DNA of 64,000 bases from the human T2T-CHM13v2.0 reference genome, Homo sapiens. Position 1 is the stretch's first letter; every line of letters starts with the position of its first letter. Where the stretch lies: NCBI RefSeq assembly GCF_009914755.1, contig NC_060926.1, one strand, 5' to 3'. This document shows, piece by piece, positions 46,779 to 60,196 of this stretch. The translations under genes and the position numbers were made by a program. The notes beneath the pieces are model-generated. The model had not been told where the DNA came from, ran no database searches, and saw only the letters and a program-made list of their open reading frames with translations.

Positions 46779-48699
46779 CAGCATAAACTGAAAGATGAAA
46801 AACACAGAGTTTACTAAATATGCCACAGGAAAAATGCAGAATTATATGAGAGGTTTTTTTTTCCTCAACCAAATTCTAATTGTAAAAGTATTTATTCTAA
46901 GTACTATTTTAGGGATGATAAATTTAGTACTATGTCATCATAATAAAAGGTTTCAAATGTTACAAAAATGTATTATTTACTTATGATATCATCATTACCA
47001 GAAAATGAATCTGGATCATATGTTTTAGTTGTAAAAACATAGAAAATTTATTATTTCAATAGATTCCATGTAAAATAGTGTTCTAGTGTTATAATATTCT
47101 ATCAAGCTCAATGATGAGCTATGTCAGTTACATATTACAATATTGTGTGATAGACACAAAATGATTGAAGCAACAGAACAAGAAGCTCCTGCTTCAGATT
47201 TAAGGTTTAAAGTATATTTGAGATGATTTTCTACTCTAAGATAATGGATTTCATGGCAAGTGCAATTAAAATTCCGAAGCGCCATTTCTGTTGGGTTTAG
47301 TAGACATTGCAATATTTATATAGAAATCAAGCAGACTGAAACTGTGAAAATAAGAAACATAAGACACTTAATACACTGTTTAAAATGCTAATTAATTCAT
47401 CATGGAGCTTAAAAGTTATTACAGAATGCAGGGAGAGAAGACAAGCATAAGTAGCAAGGGCAGGAACTAACCACTGTCATCACCATCTTTGGCCATCAAG
47501 TGATTGACAGCACCTAGTGACCTAAGATTCTGCTTTGATGTGAGACAGGGGAAAAGGCCCAAACCACTCAAGGTGGTTGGACACCTTTAAAAACCAAACA
47601 AACATACAGCCTACATGGTGCTGATACCTCAAGGGGCGATACTCTCAAGTCAAAATGGTGAAAAATAAGTGATTCCAAATACGGAAAGGGATACAAAGAG
47701 AATCAGAGCATAATCAAATGTATTACAAAGAAGCTTCAAAATATGGTGGACTGAATGTGACAAGGTTTCTCTGTCTGTGCCATGGCAGTGTAGAGGCAGG
47801 CAGGTGGCCTTGGTGGTGTCGGTGGCTCTGCTCCATGAGGTCACTCAGGTGGGCAGGAACCACGACCACCCTCAGCGCACAGCCTTCCTCCTTCCTCACA
47901 GTCTCTGCCCCCACGGCCATCCTCAGCAGCATGAGGTGGAGCAGAGTGAAGGGAAAGCTGTTTTCTTCTAAAGGCCAAAGAAAACTCCAGTTTTCCACCA
48001 GGGATAGATGTTCTTTTGTGTAAAGCACAGGTTTGTGAAATTTTTCACCAAGTGAATCTTGTGAAAAACTCACACTTTTTGTTGTTTTTAATCTGAAAAT
48101 GTATTTACACGATTCCTGGTAATAATTTTTTTGAATATGTGATTATATTGTGGCAGTCTACCTGAAGTTGTCATTTACCATTGAGAATTACTGCTAAAAA
48201 GTCATTTGATAAAAAAAGACTCATCTGTGACAGACAGTCCTCCTTTGGAAGGACTCTGTCTTTTTATCCCTTTATACCCATTTTAAGCCCTTCGATGGCC
48301 TTTGGGTTTTTCTTAAACAATCAATGTATTAAGTTTAATTCATTATTTATGTTTAATAATTAATTTTCAATGTGCACATGTACCCTAAAACTTAAAGTAT
48401 AATAATAAAAAAAAGAAAAAATATTAATTTTCACTAGCACAAAGTCAAAAATCCTGAACGTTGCTATGTCAAAGACCTGCCTCTAGATGGCAAACAAACC
48501 CCACAATAAACCAAAGAGATTGCCATGATCTAAAAATATTACTTGCATTGTAAGGGTGATGATGTCTGCTTATCAACATGGAGCCCCTAAGGCTGAAATG
48601 GGGTCTCATGTGTGACCTGGAGCACCCAGGAGGAGCTTCCAGCGTGCTGTCTTGTGGGGAAACCCCTCTTTGCTCTGTGATCTGAGAATGCAAGCCTGG

Positions 48700-49020
48700 C
48701 CCTATTCCCCTTATGCAGCTGTAGGAGATGATTGAGGTAATTGAGGCTAAATGAGGTCAAAAGGATGGGACCATGATCCAATAGAATTAATGTTCTTATA
48801 AGAATAGAAACCAGAGAGCTCTCCTTTTCTCTCTCTCTCTCTCCTCCCTCTTGCCCCTAACTCAACTTTCTACCCACGGTGGCTATCTCCAAACCAGGAA
48901 GAAGGTCCTTACCAGAAAGTGAACCTTGTTGGACTTTGATCTTGCAATTTCCAGCCACCAGAAATATAAAAATTAATTTCTGCAGTTTAAGTTGTCCAGC
49001 CATATCCATTTTGGTGTGGG
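48700..49020 (+). mobile_element. MaLR (MLT1A/MST-like) LTR fragment
   Basis: gaggtaattgaggctaaatgaggtcaaaaggatgggacc...aaccaggaagaaggtccttaccagaa; paralogous to 7060-7370 and 59777-60145. Confidence 0.7.
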
Positions 49021-49085
49021 AGTCCCAGTGGACTACTACACCATCCTTGCCAGCTCCAAGCAGAATCGGCCTCCGGAGGCTCCCC

Positions 49086-49600
49086 ATGGACATGGGCACC
49101 CAGCTTTGTTCCTGTTCCTCCTGCTGTTCTGATTCTCTAGTGAGGAAGGAAGATGCAGGCTTCATCCTATTTGTCTGCATTTTCTACTAGAATGTCTCCT
49201 TGAAGATGAAGTGGTTAGCCTGTTTTGCTTTCTGATCAGAACTTCATCAAACTGAATGAACTACTTGTTTGGTATTAATACTTGGGGATGTTCATGTTTG
49301 TTCCCAACATAGATGCCAGTGGGTATGTTGTGTGCACTCCATCTCTTACCCCTTTTCCTATGTCCCCAGAGAGAAGGCCACTGTCATCTGTAGGGCCGGC
49401 CAGAGTGTTAAGAGCGTTCTATTTTAGCTTGGCTCCAGCAGAAAACAGGCCCAGCTCTGAGCTCCTGTTGGCTCCTGGTTCTCTGTGGATGCAACACCTG
49501 CCCGGGTCAGGGTTCAACTGCCTGGACAGATATCACTCTGGCCATCAGCAGTGAAGCTGATCAAGGAACCCCATTGTGAACAGGGTTCCAGCAGCTGTGT
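49086..49600 (+). pseudogene. V-kappa relic, copy 2
   Basis: ~55-nt IGKV1-like leader ATGGACATGGGC...CTGCTGTTCTGATTCTCTA/GTGAGGAAGG; acceptor AG 49311-12; TGTAGGGCCGGCCAGAGTGTT (CRAGQSV); TTAGCTTGGCTCCAGCAGAAA (LAWLQQK); HCEQGSSS; no RSS. Confidence 0.72.
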
Positions 49601-51399
49601 GAGTCGTGAAAGCTGGGCCGATAGGTCCCACATGGCTCCAGTCAGAGGGGAGGCTGCCAATAGGCTGTGGAGGGCTTTCATCCTGTGACCACACAGCCAC
49701 TGACCTCAGGTGCTGCTCTGTCTGACAGGATCCCCTATGGGAAGGACCTGCCCACAGGAAGCTCTGGGCACCAAATGTTCCTCCACTGTGGCCTAGCTCC
49801 ACCGCCTGTCTCCCTGGCACCTGCTGCTCTGTGTTCCTCAGACCCACTCTGGTCACTCAAAGTTCTCAGCAATGAGCAGGTCAGTGCTCAGCCCTGCAGG
49901 GACATGGAGGTAGAGCCTGAGTTTCCTCACTCTCGGGCTCTGCAGTGGGGAAGGAGCCATGGAGTGGTGCACCCATTGCTGGTTTTAAATGTTCCTGCTC
50001 AATTTATCACAATTTAAAGTCATGCATTATAACAACAAAGTTATATTTATTTCTGTATAAATACATATATTACATTGATTTATAATATAGATGCAAAATT
50101 TAAGAAGATACTTACTTTCAGAATAAAAAAGTGAATAAAATGTCACACATCAGGATTGATATGCCCACCAAGGCTTTGACTTGTCTTGGTGCATGATTGA
50201 ATTAGGTTCTAATAGAAGGAGGCAGAGAAGAAGGTTAGAAATGGACTGTTATTCCTTAGGTTCTCTTAAGGGGGTGGAGGCCAAATAATTCACAGGTTGT
50301 CAGAAAATACCCCAGGGCTCTTTCTCAGTTGCCTGGTAACAAACTGGCTGAAGTTTGGTGCTTCTTTTCCCTGGAAAGAGGTGCTATGATTTTCCATAGC
50401 TTCCAGGTTGCCAGGAGCTGAATGCCTGGCATATCCAGGCCTTCCTCAAAAAGCTGGTTCCTGAGCTCAGAGTGCTTGGGGCCTGCACATAATATTCCTT
50501 CCCTGTGCTGATGGACAGCTCTAGGCTAGGAGAAGCCAGGGGAGAAGGAGAGGCTGGTGTGGGGCTAGAGAAGTGAACATTTCTCTCTGCTTATTGTTTT
50601 GTATTTTTAGTATATTTTCCATTCAATGTGTTATACATATCGTATGTTCACAATTATGTTTATTTTATGTAAATATCATCCTGTGAAATATGTCATTATG
50701 CTCACTGTTTTTCTACTGAGATGTATGAGTTAAAATATTTCAGTGTTGTTAAGGGTGAAACTTGTCTATTACTTCTCGTTGCTGCCTGATGATCCAGTCA
50801 AGATGTCAACTACATTTAACCTATGTTCCTGGTAATAGATACCCAGGTTGTCTCTAACTCCTCATCTTTAGAAATAATGATACAAAAGCCTTGTGGATAT
50901 CTCCTTAGTTGTCTTCTAAGAGGTGTGTGTGTTTTGGATTGTGGGGATTATTTGGAAAATTACATGGAGCAAAACTGATGGTTCATAAGAAAATATTTAG
51001 TTGACTTGAGCAGTGCCAGAATTTTCTTTGGAAGGCTTACATTGACAGATGTTAAAGCTGGAAACTTTTAAATCAAATTATACCTCTTTTACTCTCAGAA
51101 AGAGACAGCTTTAATAACAAAATTGCACAAAGATCAAAAGATTAGCATCCTGCTTTAGAAATCTTTAATCTCCTTCTTCAAGTGAATGAAGCTTTCCTGC
51201 AGAGCAAAACAAATTATCTCACATTTAACAATGGAAGAATATGTGACATATTTAAAGGCCCCTTCAGCTGCAAGAGCCTCGGCAGGGCAGAACAACAGCA
51301 GAAAGGAGGATGCAGTGGGCTCTGAGCCACATCTTGCCAGAGGAAAGGCTCAATGAAAGCTCATCTTGATTCTTTCTGCTGGTGTGCAGATGCCTAACA

Positions 51400-51570
51400 A
51401 ATACAGGTAGCAGAACAGCCAGAAAACTCAGGCCGCTTTGTAGCAAAACAAGTTGAATACACATGCACACATTTAACCAAAATTGGATTGATTTCACTTG
51501 CATAATTGTCAGTGTGGAGCCTAGAGACAGTGCACAGACTCCTGTGAGCAGGACACTCACCGGGGCCCTG
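51400..51570 (+). pseudogene. V-kappa relic 3' half
   Basis: FR2-like GGTAGCAGAACAGCCAG; FR3-like DFTCIIVSVEPRDSA; TCCTGTGAGCAG (SCEQ) after a frameshift. Confidence 0.65.
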
Positions 51571-51598
51571 CACAGTGTGAAGGCCCCAAACACAAACC
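51571..51598 (+). other. Near-consensus 12-RSS not attached to a named V gene (CACAGTG-12-ACACAAACC)
   Basis: Heptamer 51571-77, spacer TGAAGGCCCCAA (12 nt), nonamer 51590-98. Confidence 0.85.
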
Positions 51599-52059
51599 TT
51601 CCAAAAAGGCTCAGCCTCTCAGTGTGGCAGGAGCAGCTGTGGTGCCCAGAGGATGCATCCACACCAAACTCAGGTGGAGGTGGCTGGAGAGCCTTTGAGT
51701 TAAGGAGGCCATGAGGCCTCAGTAAGGGGCACGGGCTCTTCTTCTGTATGAATGGGGGCCAGGGCTTTTACAGATTTTGAATAAGGCTATTTTAAGATCC
51801 CAAGGAAGAATAAAAGACCAAACTAAATAACTTCTGTTGATTTCCAAAATTAACAAAAGTATTCTTTCAACCATTTAATTCCATACCAAGTTACCAAAAA
51901 TCCAAAATTCAGAACATGAAAGAGCCACGGGCTGAATGAATTATTCAGTGGCCATTCTTAGTCTTAAATAATAACACAAGCTCTGCACTAGCAGGTGGAA
52001 ATGGTGAATTGCCTCTAATGTGGTAGCAGTAGCATAGTATAAACTTCACTTTTGGAATC

Positions 52060-52436
52060 AGGGAAACGTGAGACTGGGTAATTTATAAAGGAAAGGTGTT
52101 CAATTGGCTTACAGTTCTGCAGGCTGTGCACACATGGTGTGGGCATCTGCTTGGCTTCTGGGGAGGCCTGAGGGAAGTTTTACTTATGACAGAAGGTGAA
52201 GCAGGAGCAGGCATATCCCATGGCTTAAGTGGGAACAAGGCAGGTGGGGAGTGGCGTGAGGTACCACATGTGTTTAAACAACCAGATCTCACAAAGTACT
52301 CATCATCATGACAGTACTAAACCATGAGGGATGCACCCCCATGACCCCCAAACCTCCCACCAGGCCCCATCTTCAACATTGGGAATTATATTTCAACATG
52401 AGATTTGAGTGGGATAAATATCCAAACCATGTCAAC
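52060..52436 (-). mobile_element. MSTA/THE1-type MaLR LTR
   Basis: gagactgggtaatttataaaggaaag...cagttctgcaggctg...cctcccaccaggcccc...caacatgagatttg. Confidence 0.85.
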
Positions 52437-54207
52437 ATCTATCTTGGCTTTTCTTGGCCGAGAGAGAATAATCCAAAGTTTAAGTGCTCCTTGAAGGACA
52501 ATTGGCCTCACCTTTTAGTACTTTTAGAAATGTACATGTTAGCTCTTCTAAAATTACCCTTATGCCAACCAAAAAATGAAATATTAGTAGTAAATGACAA
52601 TTAAATAGAATAGAATAAAATAAATAATTTTGTTTTCCCTAGAACAGTCGTCTGATGAAATCACAAAGTTTACAAATAGCTGGAGGCTAGGATGACTTGT
52701 TAGTTACTTATTTAGGCAGCTCTTACACATGTTTCCTATTCTTGCTTTGGAAACTAGTGAACTCCAAAACTCAAAGATTATTTGATTCTTGCGTAGGATG
52801 GAATATAGCAGCCCTAGAAGAAATTTAAACCCAATTATGGGAATTTATATTAAACAACTTACTGGGGAGCTCGACTGCACCAAAATTATCTAAGACAAAA
52901 GAAAAAGAAGAAATCTGCTGATTAACTTGTTAAATTAAAGGAAATATTTACTGGGCAATTATATTCTTGAGTATGCTTCCAAAAAAGAGCAAGCTTTTAT
53001 AGCTGGCATGTGGTTTTGAGATTTAATAAAGGTAATTTGCTTGGAATAGAAATTAATTCTTAATAGTGGTCAGAATAGCAGCTCAACAATGTAAAAACCT
53101 TATAAACACCCAGGGAAGCTGTGGTTTTTTGGAGACCTTATTTCAGGGACAGAGATCCCTTTATTTAAGGGTCAGAACTGAGAAGGAATCTTAGAGGGAA
53201 TAAAGAATGTAAGGGACACAGAATGCTTAGGGATGCAACAAAATCACTGCCTCACTTTGTGCAGTCTGATGGGGGTGAGATGGGCCCCACAGAAAGATGA
53301 ACATGCACGGAGGAAAAGCATCCCTGGAAGCACAGGACTCCACTAGCTAATCTCATATCTCAGTGTATACTTTATATCATTTTTTTTCTGTTTTTTTCTA
53401 AGAAAGAGGACAATCAATTGAAACATTTGGAAACAGGCTCAGATTAGGCTGATCAAGAACAGGGTCTGAAGATTCAGAAAGGTCAAATATGTAAATATCC
53501 CTGTGTCTCCCAGTGTTTAGAGAGATTCTCAGAAGCAGAAGATACCTATCCACAGAGCCCTCATTCCCTGTGTTCTCTGTGTACCTGGATATTTATCCAT
53601 GAATCTGTGCTCCAGTTGGTCACAATTTTCAGCTGATGAGATAATGCAGACAACTTCAATCTCACGTGCCCTGGAAGCCAGAAATCCAGCGCAGAGGACC
53701 TGCAGCTTCACAAAGTGAAGCTCCCTCTGTGGGTGGCTTGGTCTCGGTTCTCACCAAGGACAAACTTTCAACTTTAACAAAAAATTTAAAAACCTCCATT
53801 GAGGTCCAGGTGGGGAAAAGACTGCAGCGTGTCTTCAGTCTCATCCATAGCAGTGTGGATTTTGTCTATCTGCACTAATATAGTCTTTAGAACAAAGTCT
53901 ACAAAATGTGCAACAATGATGTATAAGTGAGCCAAAGGTGTCTTGTGTGAACTGCCCATATGTTGTTTGTTTCCAAATTGCAGCTTATTTCTCTATGGCC
54001 TGTGCCAAACTCAAACTTTACAATCCAATCATTTCAAAAACAGCCCCCCAAAGCAGATTTTTTGCCATGTAAAGAATGCTTACATTATGTATCTCAGAGA
54101 ACCTTGCTCACATCTGCTAGAAATAGGTAAGCACCAGGTTATGAAAACCCCAGACTAATATTTCCCTCTGGTTCTCTCTGACCTAGAGACTCCCCATTGT
54201 GCTGCTG

Positions 54208-54796
54208 TATTGGGAAAAGCTGAGTGTTGGGAGAAGCTTAAGCAGGGCTTGCATGTCTGACATAATGTAAAACAGTCTTGGAACATGTCTGGGGTCCAGG
54301 GTCTAAAACCCATTGTGGCGTTTGGAACACCAAGCTCTGTGCTATAAAGGGTGGAAGGCTACCCTGACACACCGTAATCTAAGCCCAGGGCATAAAATCC
54401 CTCATGGCTTGGATAGAATCCAGGGTTCATGGCTCTGGAATGTGTCTACACTTGCTGGCTCCTTGCTCCTTGCTCTCCCAGGTTCGATTGTATCTTGAGT
54501 TAAAGGAACCTGCTCTCCATTATCTCAAGTAGCAGAGCGAATGCTAAACCATCACAGCTATAAATCTTGTGCCTAATGCAACGCGCCCTTTTGACCTCCA
54601 CATTCTCACCACCTTTTTCTTTGTTGGATAACCAATAAATAGCACTGGGCTCCCAGAGCTCGGGGCCTTCACAGCCTCCATGATCACGATGGCCCCCTGG
54701 TCCCACTTTACTTCTCAAACTGTCTTTTCTCAATCCTTTGACTCCACCAGACTTGGTCATCCCCATGACCTGGTGTTGGGTCTGATCACCCCAACA
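54208..54796 (+). mobile_element. ERVK-class solo LTR (LTR14-like) with 6-bp TSD CTGCTG
   Basis: CTGCTG at 54202-07 and 54797-802; ends ...gatcaccccaaCA; TATAAA and AATAAA inside; 6-bp TSD is typical of betaretrovirus-like ERVs. Family name from memory. Confidence 0.8.
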
Positions 54797-57432
54797 CTGC
54801 TGTGTGACAACACCTAGACACATAAGCCCCTTATACAGCAAATTTCTTCCTCCTCCCCTTCTGAATAACAACCTTGGCCCCTTGGCCTATAGACAGACTC
54901 TTGCTCAGGAACTACCGGCAAACCTGTCAAAGCTTCACCCAGTAAAAGTTGTGTGCGCTACTGCCATCCTGTGGACATCTCTTTTTCTTTGCCCAGGCTC
55001 CAAAGTCCTCAAATGATCTACAAACAACAGGATCACACTCTCCATCCAACCCCACAAACACTGACTTCCAAGGACACAAACACTTCCATTTCCATGATTA
55101 TCTTCCCATGTCATACAAGTAATATACTTACTTCCAATTTTATGGGCTCCGATCTCACAGCATCAGGCAAAGGAGACACAACTACAGTAAGATCCACCTG
55201 TATCAGTCCTTCCTCATTCAGATGACCATGGTTCAGATTAGAGACACACAGAGGCCTGCTTCCCACCTGGATCAAATGGAGACTGTTCTTACACCTTCTT
55301 ACCTGTGTCCACTGTGGAGCCACCTGCTTCGTCCATTGTTATCAAAGCCTTGGCATAATGTGTTAATGTTTGGGAGACAGAGATTTCTATTTGGAATTAG
55401 AAATATTATTATTTAAGTACATAGATAGTATAGGGTAGTTTCAAAGCTTTTTTTTGCACCAAATAATTTTTATAAGATTTTACATTTTCTGAATACGTAA
55501 GGGCAACAGATTCTGAAGTAAATTACCAAATACAATGGCAGACTCCTTAAAGCTTTGTTGTTAATTTTCATAGCGAATAGCAATACTCTCTGAAATTCAA
55601 AAATATTAAAGAATATTTTGTAAAAATAACATATTCTTGAATTGCCTTGCAAAAGAAAGCACGACAGATTTTTATCATTTGTCATTTTCTCTCAATTCAA
55701 GCATCCATATTAGATAGTAGATAGAACTGATCCTTCATTTAACATACTTTCAGAGTAATCCTTTAAAACCAGACATAATGCATTCAATAGTGTTCTTTTT
55801 TGTTAGTATGTTAGGTTTAGTTTGCATTTATTATTTTTTCTTTCCACCTACCAATATTTCTGAATCCTTTCACTAGCATGATTAATTAAGAGTCTGAAAT
55901 TTTCAAGACTAAGAACCTGCATTGAATTGGTCAACATCATGGGATAAAAAAGTTAAATACACAAAACTTACAAAATTAAATAAAAGAAAATAATAAATAT
56001 TTTAAAGACTGAAATATAAGACTTTTATTGTACTCCTACCTCCTCATGATAATTTGTGGTCATCAACTCAGAATATTAACATGGAGTTCGACATTTAAGA
56101 TCATTTTTACTCAATTACTTTTTCCAATCTTGTTAAAAAGTCTTATTTTGGTAGATTTCCCAAAAGATATGCAGACCAAGCTTTCTTGTGGGATCATACT
56201 TAGAACTGCATTTGTTTGTGTTTTTTACCAAGTAAGCATGACTTTGGGTTAAATTACCCGAGATTACATAGTACTGCAATCTATTACGTTGGCTCTCCCC
56301 AGATGTTTTCTCTCCAGGACAGTGAGTGTCCTTGTGAAGGGATCTGATGTAGGCACAATCTTTCAAGAGCTGTTCAACTCAATCTTGAGCATATCATTGA
56401 CAAACAAATAGTTGGATTGTTTCCCTGTTTTCATGATCAGCTGTGTGGTAGATTGACATCTCTGAGCTGTGATCGTCTTTACATGAAAGCTCAGGAAAAT
56501 GCCAGTCATGGGTAATGGTGACCATGAGACAGTAAAGCTGTGGATCCAGTTCGTGCTCTTCTTACATAGAGAATTTCCACTCAAATTGTGAACTCATGGC
56601 TGTGGCTGCACCACTTACAGGCCCAGGGGACACTCAGATCTCACTTGGTAGTTGACGAAAAACTGGAAGTCCTGATAGGACCTCATTCCACATGATGAGG
56701 AAGACTGTGGGAAGAGCTTTTGTTAACACCATTCAGAAAAACATAGTGCAAAGTTAGTTTTTGTTCATTCTATATAATTATCCTAGAAAAGTCTTCCCTT
56801 AATAAATCCTTCAGGTTAATCTAGCATATGTGAGATGATTATGATGGAATATATACCAGATTGAACAATTGGTCACCAGGAATTTTATATTCACTGCCTG
56901 AGGAATAAATTATTTCCCACTTTCCTCTTACCTGCACTGGGCTCTTGAATCTAAATATAGAGACCCACATTATTTTCCCTATGAGGCCCTTGGACAGAGC
57001 GCTCTTATGGGGCTCACTCACCAGGTGCCAGGGGAGGGTAGATTCCAACACTTGCTATGAACATTCTTGAACAGTTATCCTGGAAACCGCAGATACCAGA
57101 CCACTCTTGAACTGGCTCAAGACTATGTTTTATTTGTAGGCTGTCTGCTCATCAGTGTTTGTAGGAAAGGGTAACGTTTCCTTTTTTAGATTAGCTGGGA
57201 GGGAGCCAAGAAGAATGGCATTCATCCATATTCATTCTAGACATATCTCTACATTGTTAGGGTTGTTATGCTTTCCTAGAGTTGCATATCCTACACAATG
57301 GGACCTACCCAAGATTCAAACTGTCACAGTCAGATCCTTCCTCCCATTTTATATCACATTGCTCACAGGAGAGACATATCCCCTGCCCGCCTGCCCCATT
57401 GACTCTTTCCACACCACTGCATGCACCAGGGG

Positions 57433-57440
57433 ATTTGCAT
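57433..57440 (+). promoter_or_regulatory. Octamer ATTTGCAT, IGKV2D-28 promoter
   Basis: 100 nt upstream of ATG 57540. Confidence 0.9.
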
Positions 57441-57539
57441 ATTGTCCCACAGGGAGGACCTTCCCTTGTGAGTCTGAGATAAAAGCTCAGCTGTAACTGT
57501 GCCTTGACTGATCAGGACTCCTCAGTTCACCTTCTCACA

Positions 57540-58435
<896 letters not shown>

Positions 58436-58899
58436 TGATAGCCTCAGCTGTACTTCAGTCCCACATGTTAAGGCCCCATTAGGTGAAAAATAAATGATTC
58501 CAAAAACTGAGATGAAATACCAAGGAGAATCAGAGTACAATTAAGGCTGTTACAAAGAAGCCTCAAAATATGGTGGACTAAATGTGACATGGTTTCTGTG
58601 TCTGTTGCCTGACAGTGCAGAGGCAGGTGGGTGGCTTTGGTGGTGTCGGTGGCTCTTCTCCAAGAGGTCACTCAGATGGGCAGGAGACACGACCACCCTC
58701 AGACACAGCCTTCCTCCTTCCTCAGAGTCACTTGCCCCCATGCCCATCCTCGACAGCATGAAGTGGAACGACTAGAGAGAAAGCTGTTTTCTTCTAAAGA
58801 CCAAAGAAATCTAGAGTTTCCCATCAGGGATAAATGTTCTTTTACTTTAAGCACGCATTGGAGAAATTTTCCATTTAGTGGATCTGCTGATAAACCCAC

Positions 58900-59213
58900 T
58901 TTGTTTTGTTTGTTTGTTTTGTTGTGTTGTGTTTTCAGATGGAGTCTCTCTCTGTCACCCAGGCTAGAGCGCAGTGACATGATCTCGGCTCACTGCAAAC
59001 TGCCTCCTGGGTTCAAGAGATTCTCATGCCTCAGCCTCCGGAGCAGCTGGGATTACAGGCACCCACCACCATTCCAGGCTAATTTTTGTATTTTTAGTAG
59101 AGACAGGGTTTCACCATGTTGGCCAGGGTGGTGTCGAACTCCTGATCTGAAGCGATCCACCTGCCTTAGCCTTCCAAAGTGCTGGGATTATAGGCGTGAG
59201 CCACTGCACCTGG
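58900..59213 (-). mobile_element. AluS with patterned (TTG/TTTG) tail
   Basis: Antisense Alu; absent from the paralogous site near 48075. Confidence 0.9.
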
Positions 59214-59776
59214 CAGTTATTTGCTCTTATATGATAATGTAAAATTATTTTGGAAAATAATTTTTTGAGTATATAGTTATGTTTGTGGCAGCCTATTTGA
59301 ATTTATCATTTGATAATTTCTACTAAAATGTCTTTGTTATAAAAGTCATATGACTTTAATTGTCCTCTTCTGAAAAGAATATGGTTTTTTATCCTCTCAG
59401 GCTCCTTTTAGGATATTCAGTTAATCTCATTTTCATACAATATATTAATTTTAGTTTATTATTTCTGATAAATTTATTAAGTAATTTTCACTATAACAAA
59501 ATTAAAAATCCCATAAATTGCTATGTCAATAACCTGTCTCTGGGTGTAAACACACTCCACAATAAAGAACACCAAGGTCTTAGAAACACTGGGAAAATAA
59601 GACTGATAGTGTCCGATTATCAATGAGAAGTCCCTAAATCTAGAACGGTGTCTCATGTGTGACCTGGGACATCTGGGATGAGCTGCCAGTGTGCTGAGTT
59701 GTGGGGAACCTGCTCTGTGCTTGGAGGCTGAAAGCATATCCTTTCCCTCCCTACTGCCTTACCTGTGTCCACCTGC

Positions 59777-60145
59777 TGTGGTCTAAATTGTGTTCCCACA
59801 TTCATGTTGAAGGTCTAATCTCCAACGTGGCTGTAGGAGATAGGACCTATAAGAATATAATGGAAGTTATAAGGGTGGGGCCCTGATCCAATAGGATTAG
59901 TGGTTCTCATAAGATCCAGAGATCTCTCTTTTTCCTCTCTCTCTAACTCCCACACTCATATGGAAAGACCATATGAAAGCATGGTGAGAAGGTAGCATCT
60001 ACAAACCAGGAAGAAGGTCTTTACCAGAAATTGAACCCTGCTGGACCTTGATGTTGGACTTCCCAGCCATCAGAAATGTGAAAATAAATGTCTATGGTTC
60101 AAGCCACCCACCCAGAGTATTTTGGTGTTGCAGTGAAAGAAGGCT
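59777..60145 (+). mobile_element. MaLR (MLT1A-like) LTR
   Basis: tgctgtggtctaaattgtgttccc...attcatgttgaag...ataagggtggggccctgatccaataggattagtg...aataaatgtctatggttcaagccacc. Confidence 0.8.
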
Positions 60146-60196
60146 CATTCACTATCCCCACCCTCTCTGAGCAGGATCAGCATCAAGAAATATCTC

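Noticed and set aside
58631-59242. 203-aa ORF (and similar 46321-46872, 13455-13835, 62650-63012)
   Set aside because: Largely antisense-Alu translation (LSPRLECSG..., PKCWDYRRE).
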